Source: a virus (taxonomy: Duplodnaviria > Caudoviricetes). Taken from it: a stretch of DNA of 46,637 nt. The notes beneath the pieces were generated by a model. That model saw only the letters and a list, made by a program, of their open reading frames with translations. It did no database searches and had not been told where the DNA came from. Below are positions 25,181 to 33,017 of the stretch, piece after piece. The stretch's first letter is position 1, and every line of letters begins with the position of its first letter. Location: the IMG/VR virus record IMGVR_UViG_3300048858_000103, positions 1 through 46,637 of that record; one strand, written 5' to 3'. The translations under genes and the position numbers were made by a program.

Positions 25181-26243
25181 CGCAACGATCCGCCATGCCG
25201 TGTTCCTTGAACGGCTGAAATCCAACGAGGTGACCAAGTTCGCCCCGTTCCTGAAGGAGATCGACCGCTCGCTGCGTGACAGGCTGACAAAGGCCGACCT
25301 GACCAGTTACAACACCCAGCGCCTGAAGCGGCTGCTGGATGAGGTCGACGGCCTGCTGCTGGGAATCTTCGGGCAATTCACCGACCAGCTACAGCTGGAC
25401 CTGGTGGACATCGCCAACTACGAAGCCCAGTTCGAAGCGGCCAGCCTGAACAATGCGGTACCGGCTGGGGTCACGCTGGAAGCGGTTGTGCCGACGGCTG
25501 AGGCGATTCGCACTGCAATCCTGAGCAACCCTTTGGGTGTGCGCGGAGTTGACGGTGGCAAGCTCCTGGGTGCGTTCATCGATGGCTGGTCCGCAGCAGA
25601 ACGCACCCGGGTAGCAGGTGCCATCCGGCAAGGCTTCTTCGAAGGTCAGACCAACTTCCAAATCATCAAGAACATTCGCGGCACCAAGGCACTGGGCTAC
25701 AAGGACGGTATTCTGGCCACGACCGACCGCAATGCGGCGACTGTCGTGCGCACCGCGGTCCAGCACGTCGCCAGCCAGGCGCGCATGGAGACGGCCAAGG
25801 CCAACCCCCAGATCGTCAAGGGAATCCGGCTGATCGCCACCCTGGACAGCCGCACCAGTCAGATCTGCCGCAGCCTGGACCAGCGCACTTTCCCCGTGAA
25901 CGAAGGGCCAAGGCCGCCATTCCACCCAAACTGCCGCACCAGCTTCGTGCTCATCACCCGCCTGAGTGAGATGTTTGGCAAGGGCGCCACGCGGGCCTCA
26001 AAGGGGGCGGACGGGGCAGGGCAGGTAAATGCCGACGTGACCTACTACAGCTGGCTAAAGCAGCAGCCTGCGGCTTTCCAGGACAAGGCCCTGGGCCCGA
26101 CCCGGGGGAAGCTGTTCCGCAACGGCGGGCTATCCGCTGAGCGCTTCGCCTCGCTGCAACTTGACCGCAATTTCGCACCAATGACCCTCGACGAGATGAA
26201 AGCGGTAGAGCCGCTGGCATTCGAGCGCGCGGGCATCAACTAG
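25155..26243 (+). CDS. Head morphogenesis / minor capsid protein (SPP1 gp7-like)
   Basis: TLDSRTSQICRSLD and PPFHPNCR. Confidence 0.87.
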   Translation: MAANRAILDATIRHAVFLERLKSNEVTKFAPFLKEIDRSLRDRLTKADLTSYNTQRLKRLLDEVDGLLLGIFGQFTDQLQLDLVDIANYEAQFEAASLNNAVPAGVTLEAVVPTAEAIRTAILSNPLGVRGVDGGKLLGAFIDGWSAAERTRVAGAIRQGFFEGQTNFQIIKNIRGTKALGYKDGILATTDRNAATVVRTAVQHVASQARMETAKANPQIVKGIRLIATLDSRTSQICRSLDQRTFPVNEGPRPPFHPNCRTSFVLITRLSEMFGKGATRASKGADGAGQVNADVTYYSWLKQQPAAFQDKALGPTRGKLFRNGGLSAERFASLQLDRNFAPMTLDEMKAVEPLAFERAGIN

Positions 26244-26278
26244 CAGGCCGAGCCTGCGTCACGTCTCAGGGAGACAGC

Positions 26279-27001
26279 ATGAAATACCAGATCGACAAGG
26301 CCGCCTACGACGCTTTGGAACCCTCCCTGCAGGCTTTCTACAAGGCCCAGGGTGACCAATATGTGCTGGTGGTAGAAGGCCTGCCCGCACCAGAAGACAC
26401 CGCCGGCCTGAAGGCAAAGGTGGATGAGCTGCTGCGCGAAAAGAAGGACGAGAAAACCCGGCGTGAGCAGGCTGAAGAAGCCGCCCGCCTGGCAGCCGAA
26501 GAAGCCGCCCGCAAGAACGGTGACACCGAAGCGCTGGAGCGCAGCTGGAACGAGAAGCACACCAAGGCGCTGACCGAGAAAGAGCAGGCCTTGGGCTCGC
26601 TCCAGGCTCAGGTGCACGCCCTGACCGTGGGCGCCACCGCAGCGCGCCTGGCCGGTGAGCTGGCCGTGCAAGGCTCCTCGACCGTCCTTCAGCGCCTGAT
26701 CGAGCCGCGCCTATCGATGGAGCTGCGCGACGGCAAGCCCGCAGTTGTGGTGCTGGACGCAGAAGGCCGCCCCTCAGCCCTGACCGTGGACGAATTCAAG
26801 GAACAACTGTTCAACGATGCCGCCCTGGCGCCGTTGATCGCAGCAAGCAAGGCAACTGGTGGCGGGGCCGCCGGTGGTAAGGGCGGCGGGGCCGCAAAGA
26901 AGTTTAGCGAAATGACCGGCATGGAGCGTGTTGAGCTCCGTCGAAACAACCTCCCCGAGTACGAGCGCCTTAAGAAGGCGCACGAAGCGGCTCAGAAATA
27001 A
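26279..27001 (+). CDS. Capsid scaffolding protein
   Basis: Coiled coil plus Gly-rich C-terminus, directly before the capsid gene. Confidence 0.75.
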   Translation: MKYQIDKAAYDALEPSLQAFYKAQGDQYVLVVEGLPAPEDTAGLKAKVDELLREKKDEKTRREQAEEAARLAAEEAARKNGDTEALERSWNEKHTKALTEKEQALGSLQAQVHALTVGATAARLAGELAVQGSSTVLQRLIEPRLSMELRDGKPAVVVLDAEGRPSALTVDEFKEQLFNDAALAPLIAASKATGGGAAGGKGGGAAKKFSEMTGMERVELRRNNLPEYERLKKAHEAAQK

Positions 27002-27013
27002 GGAAACCCCGCA

Positions 27014-28045
27014 ATGCCAACCATTCTTTCCGACGTAGTCTTCCGCGACGAGCTGCGCGACTACATGGCGGTGAACACCGTTGAAAAGACGGCGTTCTTC
27101 CAATCCGGCATCTTGACCACCAACAGCGACATGTCCACGCTGCTGGCCAGCCCGTCCAACACCTTCACCATCCCATGGTGGGTGGATCTGGATGCGTCCA
27201 TCGAATCGAACTACTCGAACGACGTGTACACCGACATCGCAGTGCCGCTGTCGGTCACCAGTGCTTCCATGCAGGCGCGCGCTGCGTACCTCAACGAAGG
27301 CTGGAACTGCATGAGCCTGGTGAAGAACGTCACCAACCGTGACCCGCTGGAATACGTTGCAAGTCGCATCACCGAGTACTGGCAGCGTGTAGCCCAGCGC
27401 CGCGCCATCGCCACCATGGTGGGCGTCTACAACGACAACGTGGCCAGCAATGGCGGTGACATGGTAGTGGACGCCGGCGGCACCATCAGCGCCGCGGCCA
27501 TCATCCGTGCTCGGGCCACCATGGGTGACTACAGCCCGCAGATCATCACCCCGTCGGGCAACAAGGCCCTCAATGTGATCGTGATGCACTCGGCCGTGCA
27601 CACCGAGCTGTCGATCCTGAACCTGATCGACTTCACGCCTGTGGCCGACCAGACGCCAGAGTTCGGTCGCTTCCAAGGCATGGTCGTGGTTCTGGACGAC
27701 GGTATGCCTGTCGTCGGCACCGGTGCGGACGCCAAGTACCTTTCCGTGATCACCGGCCCTGGCGCCTTCGGCTATGCCGAGGAGCAGGACGAAGACGACA
27801 TGGAATATGACCGCGAGCCTGCCCGTGGTAACGGTGGCGGCGCTGAAACCCTGTGGACCCGCCGCAACTTCGTTGTGCACCCACTGGGCTACTCGTTCCT
27901 GTCCGCCACCATCACCGGTACCCCAGGCACCACCCGGCCGATCTCGGCCAACTGGGCTGACCTGGCGCTGGCGACCAACTGGGAACGCAAGTTCAACCGC
28001 AAGCAGGTGCCGCTGGCCTTTATCACCTCCACCGTCAGCGCCTAA
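27014..28045 (+). CDS. Major capsid protein
   Basis: [35 protein letters not shown] pattern; strong codon bias; position. Confidence 0.87.
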   Translation: MPTILSDVVFRDELRDYMAVNTVEKTAFFQSGILTTNSDMSTLLASPSNTFTIPWWVDLDASIESNYSNDVYTDIAVPLSVTSASMQARAAYLNEGWNCMSLVKNVTNRDPLEYVASRITEYWQRVAQRRAIATMVGVYNDNVASNGGDMVVDAGGTISAAAIIRARATMGDYSPQIITPSGNKALNVIVMHSAVHTELSILNLIDFTPVADQTPEFGRFQGMVVVLDDGMPVVGTGADAKYLSVITGPGAFGYAEEQDEDDMEYDREPARGNGGGAETLWTRRNFVVHPLGYSFLSATITGTPGTTRPISANWADLALATNWERKFNRKQVPLAFITSTVSA

Positions 28046-28071
28046 CCGCGCCGAGGCCGAAGGAGGGCGCC

Positions 28072-28947
28072 ATGGCCGACAATGACCAGAAACCGCTGCA
28101 GATCGGAGGGCGTGTACCCTTCCGGTACAGCTTGGGCAGGATCTATCAGGATCTGGTCGCCATGATCCAGAAGCAAGGCGAGAGGACCATCGAGTTCCAG
28201 GTCGACGCCGCCCAGAACCTTAAATGGCGCTGGACGGACGAGACGGAATGGAAAGAGATCATGGACCTCGCCGAGCTTCCAGAGCTTGGAGCTACCGGCC
28301 CGATGGGTCCGCCCGGACCGAAAGGTAATCAGGGTGAGCCAGGCCCGGGCGGGGCGAAGGGCGATCAGGGTGAGCGCGGACTGCAAGGCAATCCCGGAGT
28401 TGCCGGCCCCATGGGCAGCCCCGGGCCTGCCGGTCCACAGGGTATGCCTGGGCCGCAGGGAATCTCAGGCAATCCCGGGCTTCCCGGCGAACCAGGCCCC
28501 CAGGGCGTCAAAGGTGATCCCGGCCCCAAAGGGGAAGCGGGCGCGCCCGGCGGCAAGGGGGATACCGGCGAGCGTGGCGAGAAGGGTGAGCCAGGAGTTA
28601 CCGGTGCCAAGGGAGATGTGGGCGCAACTGGTGCAAAAGGTGCAACCGGCGCCACTGGCCCGGCCGGAGCCGCTGGCGCGCAGCCGGAAATCGTTTCTGG
28701 CACGGTTGTAGCCGCTGGTACGAAGGTCGTCGTCAAGTTTGCCAAGACCTACGCCGCGCCGCCTGTGGTTCAGCCTGCACCCACCTGGAATGGTCAGCAG
28801 CTCGTCATGGGCGTGGCCTCCGAAATCACCACCACCGGGTGCAATGTGACCGTCATGCAGTCACGGGGCGCCCTACTACTCACAACTGGGCCATTCGAAA
28901 ACGCGGCGGCGGGAGTCGCCTTCAAGATGCTCGTACTGGGCACATAG
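28072..28947 (+). CDS. Collagen-like (Gly-X-Y) fibre protein
   Basis: 44 uninterrupted Gly-X-Y triplets (28288-28683); AAGGAGG RBS; beta-rich C-terminal domain. Confidence 0.88.
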   Translation: MADNDQKPLQIGGRVPFRYSLGRIYQDLVAMIQKQGERTIEFQVDAAQNLKWRWTDETEWKEIMDLAELPELGATGPMGPPGPKGNQGEPGPGGAKGDQGERGLQGNPGVAGPMGSPGPAGPQGMPGPQGISGNPGLPGEPGPQGVKGDPGPKGEAGAPGGKGDTGERGEKGEPGVTGAKGDVGATGAKGATGATGPAGAAGAQPEIVSGTVVAAGTKVVVKFAKTYAAPPVVQPAPTWNGQQLVMGVASEITTTGCNVTVMQSRGALLLTTGPFENAAAGVAFKMLVLGT

Positions 28948-28958
28948 AGGAATCGATC

Positions 28959-29285
28959 ATGGAACAAGACAAGTACATCGACCCGAACGACAAGGCCCGC
29001 TGGGGCTTCGGTGGGGACCAGAGTGGTATCACGGTAGGCCCGCAGACCGTGGGTGAAACCGGCGGTGTTGAGCACGCCCGCAGTGAGCCACGCGATGAAG
29101 GCGCAACCAACAACGGTGGCGGTAGTACACCACCCCAAGGCGATGCGACTACCAGCACCGTTGAAGACCCGCGTGATAGCCTGACCATCCCGCAAATCAA
29201 GGAGCAGTTGGACGCCAAGGGCGTGTCCTACAGCTCCAGCGCCAACAAAGCCGAGCTGCTCGAGCTGCTCAAATCTCAGGAGTGA
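28959..29285 (+). CDS. Protein with C-terminal HeH/LEM-like motif
   Basis: LTIPQIKEQLDAKGVSYSSSANKAELLELLK; GAGG RBS. Confidence 0.75.
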   Translation: MEQDKYIDPNDKARWGFGGDQSGITVGPQTVGETGGVEHARSEPRDEGATNNGGGSTPPQGDATTSTVEDPRDSLTIPQIKEQLDAKGVSYSSSANKAELLELLKSQE

Positions 29286-29288
29286 CCC

Positions 29289-29789
29289 ATGCTCATCATC
29301 GAGGACGGTACCGGCAAGCCGGACGCTGACAGCTATTCCACCGTCGAGGAACTGGTCAGCTATGCAAAGCGGTATGGCCTGACCATCCCTGACGACGAGG
29401 AAGCGCAGGAAGCGTTGCTGCGCCGGGCCGCCTTGGCGATGGACGCACTGTGCTGGAAGGGCATCCGGGCCAAGGCCGCCCAGGCCCTGGCCTGGCCCCG
29501 CCGGGACGCCCTAGTGGACAAAGCCTACCTGCCTGCCAACCTGATCCCCGGCCGGATCGCCTACGGACAGATGGCCCTGGCCGCCGAGATCTACCAAGAC
29601 GAAATCGACCCGCCAGAACAGCGCAAGGGCGCCGTAACCCGTGAGCGCGTCGAAGGCGTGGTGGACGTCCAGTACGCCGCCATCAGTAGCACTAGCCGTA
29701 AGTTGTTGCCCGCGGCGCCTGACCGGCCAAGCCGGACCCAATTTGCAGACTACCTGGCCAAGCGAGGACTGTTCGCCGTCCGCGCCTGA
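29289..29789 (+). CDS. Head-tail adaptor (DnaT-like family)
   Basis: LIIEDGTGKPDADSY...QALAWPR. Confidence 0.8.
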   Translation: MLIIEDGTGKPDADSYSTVEELVSYAKRYGLTIPDDEEAQEALLRRAALAMDALCWKGIRAKAAQALAWPRRDALVDKAYLPANLIPGRIAYGQMALAAEIYQDEIDPPEQRKGAVTRERVEGVVDVQYAAISSTSRKLLPAAPDRPSRTQFADYLAKRGLFAVRA

Positions 29790-29805
29790 CCATCAAGGAG
29801 CCCCT

Positions 29806-30174
29806 ATGACGGCCTTCTATGAGCGGATGGCCGAGACGGCCCTTCGCTTGATCCGACAGTACGGCCAGGCAGTGACTCTTCGGGAAATCACACCTGGCAG
29901 CTATGACCCGTCCACCGGCGAGACCTCGCCGGACACCGCCACCGAGGCTTCAACCTCCGGGGTATTGATCGAATACACCGGTCAGGAGCGCCAGGCCAAC
30001 AGCCTGATCCAGCAGGGCGACAAGAAGCTCATGGTGCCGGCCAAGGCGCTGGCCCAGCCTTCGCTGAACAGCAAGGTCATCATCCAGGGCGAGGTATGGA
30101 CCATCGTGCCGCCGCTGAAGGTCATGAACCCCGCCGGCACGCCGCTTGTGTATGAGCTGCAGGTGCGCCGATGA
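29806..30174 (+). CDS. Head closure/completion protein
   Basis: FYERMAETALRLIRQYGQ...YDPSTG...IQQGD; position. Confidence 0.75.
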   Translation: MTAFYERMAETALRLIRQYGQAVTLREITPGSYDPSTGETSPDTATEASTSGVLIEYTGQERQANSLIQQGDKKLMVPAKALAQPSLNSKVIIQGEVWTIVPPLKVMNPAGTPLVYELQVRR

Positions 30175-30593
30175 GCCGGTACGCCGGGGCAACCGGCAGC
30201 TTTGCGCTGGACCTGGCCAAATTTGCGCAGCAGGCGCAGGAGGCTATCGACGAAACCTTGCAAGAGGTGGTGATCGAGTTGGGCAACAGCCTGATCCGCA
30301 TGTCCCCGGTCGACACCGGGCGCTTCCGCGGTAACTGGCAGTTCAGCATAAGCGCTCCAGCTGGCGGCACCCTCGATACGCTGGATAAGGGCGGCGGCGA
30401 CACCTCAGCCCGCATCGCTGGGGATGCCCTGTACTTCAAGGCAGGCGAAACGGCCTACATCGTGAACAACCTGCCGTACGCGATTCCACTCGAATATGGC
30501 CACTCCGACCAGGCGCCCGGGGGCATGGTGCGGATCACGCTCGCGCGCTTCCAGGCCATCGTCGAGGAAGCCATCAGGAACAGTCAGGTATGA
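30171..30593 (+). CDS. HK97 gp10-like tail component
   Basis: SPVDTGRFRGNW, NNLPYAIPLEYGHS.QAP.GMV. Confidence 0.82.
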   Translation: MSRYAGATGSFALDLAKFAQQAQEAIDETLQEVVIELGNSLIRMSPVDTGRFRGNWQFSISAPAGGTLDTLDKGGGDTSARIAGDALYFKAGETAYIVNNLPYAIPLEYGHSDQAPGGMVRITLARFQAIVEEAIRNSQV

Positions 30594-31006
30594 GCCACAA
30601 GATAATCCGCTCGCTGTTTCAGGCCCGCCTGGCCGCCTGGGCTGCCGCTCGCACCCCGGCGCTGCGCGTGGCTTACGAGAACGTGGCATTCAGCCCAGAA
30701 CCAGACGAGCTCTATCTGAAGGCCTACAACCTGCCCGCAGGCACCGACAGCGAGACCATTACCGCAGACCACAAGCGGTACACCGGCCTGTTTCAAGTGA
30801 CCATCGTCGGACCGTCTGCCAGAGGTAGCGGGGCAGTCGAAGGCGTCGTGGGCGAGCTCGCCGCGCTGTTCCCGCTGTATCTGCGCCTGACCGGCAGTGG
30901 ACTGACAGCCCTTGTGCTGACGCCAGTCGATCAAGGCCCAGGCATACCGAACGACAACACCTATTCCGTCGCCGCGAGCTTCCAGTACCGCGCCGACACG
31001 AATTGA
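30590..31006 (+). CDS. Tail terminator-like protein (DUF4128-like)
   Basis: VAYENVAF.P, YTGLFQV; precedes tail tube. Confidence 0.78.
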   Translation: MSHKIIRSLFQARLAAWAAARTPALRVAYENVAFSPEPDELYLKAYNLPAGTDSETITADHKRYTGLFQVTIVGPSARGSGAVEGVVGELAALFPLYLRLTGSGLTALVLTPVDQGPGIPNDNTYSVAASFQYRADTN

Positions 31007-31027
31007 CCGCCCGTTGGGCAACCCACC

Positions 31028-31048
31028 ACCCGCTCCGGCGGGTTTTTT
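31028..31048 (+). terminator. Intrinsic terminator
   Basis: ACCCGC-TCCG-GCGGGT plus T-tract. Confidence 0.75.
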
Positions 31049-31067
31049 CGTTTAGAGGACCATCCAA

Positions 31068-31718
31068 ATGGCGTTCACTCTGCCCAACGGCTCTACCTTC
31101 GACTTCGCTGCATCCGCTGGTACTGCTGTCGCGATCACCGCGATCACCAACGCAAACCCTGCCGTGGCGACCGCCGCGGGCCATGGCCTGGACGATGGCG
31201 ACGTGATCGTTGTCACCTCCGGCTGGTCCAAGCTGACCGGTCGTACCGTGCGTGTTACCGATGTGACGGCGGACTCCTTCGCCCTCGAAGGCATCAACAC
31301 CGCCAGCACCCAGCGCTACCCGGCAGGCGCTGGCACCGGATCGCTCCGGCAGGTGCTGACCTGGGTACAGATTCCGCAGATCACGGAAGTGGCAACCAGC
31401 GGGGGCGACCAGCAATTCCTGACCTTCGGCTTCCTTGAAGACGACGACGACCGCCAGATCCCCACCACCAAGTCGCCGGCGAGCATGACCCTGACCGTGG
31501 CCGACGATCCGTCCCAGCCCTATGTGCCTGTAGTCGAAGAGGCCGACGAGGCCAAGGAAGTGCGGGCCCAGCGGCTGAACCTGCCGAATGGTGATGTGAT
31601 TCTGTACAACTCCATCCCCTCGATCACCAGCACGCCGACCCTGTCGCGCAACAACCTGATGACCCGCGCAATCAGCCTGGCCCTGCAAGGCCGCGTGACC
31701 CGCTACAGCGCGGCGTAA
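31068..31718 (+). CDS. Major tail (tube) protein
   Basis: LPNGST, ITNANPAVAT, SGGDQQF, QIPTTKSP. Confidence 0.85.
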   Translation: MAFTLPNGSTFDFAASAGTAVAITAITNANPAVATAAGHGLDDGDVIVVTSGWSKLTGRTVRVTDVTADSFALEGINTASTQRYPAGAGTGSLRQVLTWVQIPQITEVATSGGDQQFLTFGFLEDDDDRQIPTTKSPASMTLTVADDPSQPYVPVVEEADEAKEVRAQRLNLPNGDVILYNSIPSITSTPTLSRNNLMTRAISLALQGRVTRYSAA

Positions 31719-31727
31719 GGACGACTC

Positions 31728-32120
31728 ATGCCAACCTTCAAGATCGCTCAGAACCCCACCTTCAAGGCGCCGGTGCAGATTCCTCGCATCGGCGGCGACC
31801 CGGTGGCGGTTGAGTTCGAGTTCAAGTACATGGACCGTACGGCTCTGGCCGCCCTGTTCGAACGCTGGAGTGACGCACGCCAGGCTCTGCTCGACCGCGT
31901 ACAGAAGGAAGAGCTCAGCCTGCCCGATTCCACCCAGGCAGAGATCGAACGCCAGGCGCAGCAGATCGAAGACGTGACGGCCGGCTGGGGCTTCGACGAA
32001 CCCTTCACCAAGGAAAACGTGACAGCCTTGGTGACTACCTGTGTAGGCGCGCCAAAGGCTGTGATCGAGGCCTATCAGGACGCCTACAACCCGAACCGTC
32101 TGGGAAACTTGAAAGCGTAG
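31728..32120 (+). CDS. Tail assembly chaperone (gpG-like)
   Basis: FKIAQNPTFKAPV; ends RLGNLKA across a G GGA AAC slippery site. Confidence 0.85.
   Translation: MPTFKIAQNPTFKAPVQIPRIGGDPVAVEFEFKYMDRTALAALFERWSDARQALLDRVQKEELSLPDSTQAEIERQAQQIEDVTAGWGFDEPFTKENVTALVTTCVGAPKAVIEAYQDAYNPNRLGNLKA
32102..32108 (+). other. Programmed -1 frameshift heptamer G GGA AAC
   Basis: X XXY YYZ; the -1 frame runs open into the ATG at 32129. Confidence 0.8.
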
Positions 32121-32128
32121 CCCGGGCC

Positions 32129-32431
32129 ATGTACGAGCCTGGCCCCAGCGAAAAGGAACTCGCCGCGTTCGGCATCAAGCCCTCGGATCTACCGGAAACG
32201 GTGGTCGAGGTGCTGCCGGACGTGTGGGATTCCTATCGCCTGTTCCGCGCCATGTCCACCCAGTGGCGTGCAGGCATGGCCGGGGCCACTGGCCTGGACT
32301 ACGCAGCTTTACCCGTTACCGGCGACCTGCTCGGGCTGAGTGCCGAGGAAATCCGAGGTGCTTTTGATGACGTCCGCGTGATGGAGGGGGAGGCGCTGAG
32401 GTGCATGGCGCCAGAACCGCATGCATCGTGA
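32129..32431 (+). CDS. gpT-like chaperone extension (DUF1799-like)
   Basis: TQWRAGMAGATGLDY...VRVMEGEAL. Confidence 0.82.
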   Translation: MYEPGPSEKELAAFGIKPSDLPETVVEVLPDVWDSYRLFRAMSTQWRAGMAGATGLDYAALPVTGDLLGLSAEEIRGAFDDVRVMEGEALRCMAPEPHAS

Positions 32432-32465
32432 TACATTCCTGTTCGATGTCCATGGGAGGGATCAC

Positions 32466-32963
32466 ATGAGGTTAGGATCTATTGCTTTGGTATTGGCTCT
32501 TGCGGGGCTGGCGGGCTGTGCGAACCAGCTCGCCCCTTCAAAAAGGGTCGATATGCCGCCGTTCCCGGTAGCAGAGTATCAGTCGCTGAACATCAACGGA
32601 GACGCCGTGGTTACAGGCCAGGTCTTCATGAAAACGGTTGGCGGTGACGTGAAGTATGGTGCTGGTGAAGACGTGTCTCTTTTGCCGGCAACATCCTATA
32701 CAGATGTTCTGTACAGGGCGTACTTGGCGAATCAGGAGCCTGGCGCTCCAGACCCGCAATTTGCGAAATATAACAAGTTAACCACTACGGACGGTGAGGG
32801 TAGATTCACCTTCAAGGGTATCGGCGCCGGGAAGTACTATGTCATTAGCCGTGTTGGCTGGAAGGCTCCTACTCAGTTCGGCCTGGTTCAGCAAGGCGGC
32901 TACATTATCAAGCCAGTAACTGTTCAGCCGACTGGAGAGACGACGGTGATCGTTTCCAAATAG
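32466..32963 (+). CDS. Lipoprotein moron (beta-sandwich domain)
   Basis: Lipobox LAGC; TTTDGEGRFTFKGIGAGKYYV; own terminator; visibly lower GC. Confidence 0.8.
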   Translation: MRLGSIALVLALAGLAGCANQLAPSKRVDMPPFPVAEYQSLNINGDAVVTGQVFMKTVGGDVKYGAGEDVSLLPATSYTDVLYRAYLANQEPGAPDPQFAKYNKLTTTDGEGRFTFKGIGAGKYYVISRVGWKAPTQFGLVQQGGYIIKPVTVQPTGETTVIVSK

Positions 32964-32980
32964 CAGGACTGAGCCCAACT

Positions 32981-33001
32981 ACCGCCTTCGGGCGGTTTTT
33001 T
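32981..33001 (+). terminator. Intrinsic terminator of the moron
   Basis: ACCGCC-TTCG-GGCGGT plus T-tract. Confidence 0.8.
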
Positions 33002-33017
33002 ATGCCTGGAGAAAAGC

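Noticed and set aside
26774-27880. 368-aa antisense ORF opposite the capsid gene (similar ones at 6898-7785, 13946-14692, 30759-31688)
   Set aside because: Antisense shadows of highly biased genes
28020-28075. Possible capsid-collagen fusion by read-through or frameshift
   Set aside because: Not in frame after TAA, no slippery heptamer seen, and the collagen gene has its own strong RBS
28365-28745. Pro/Gly-periodic antisense ORF
   Set aside because: Mirror of the collagen codons
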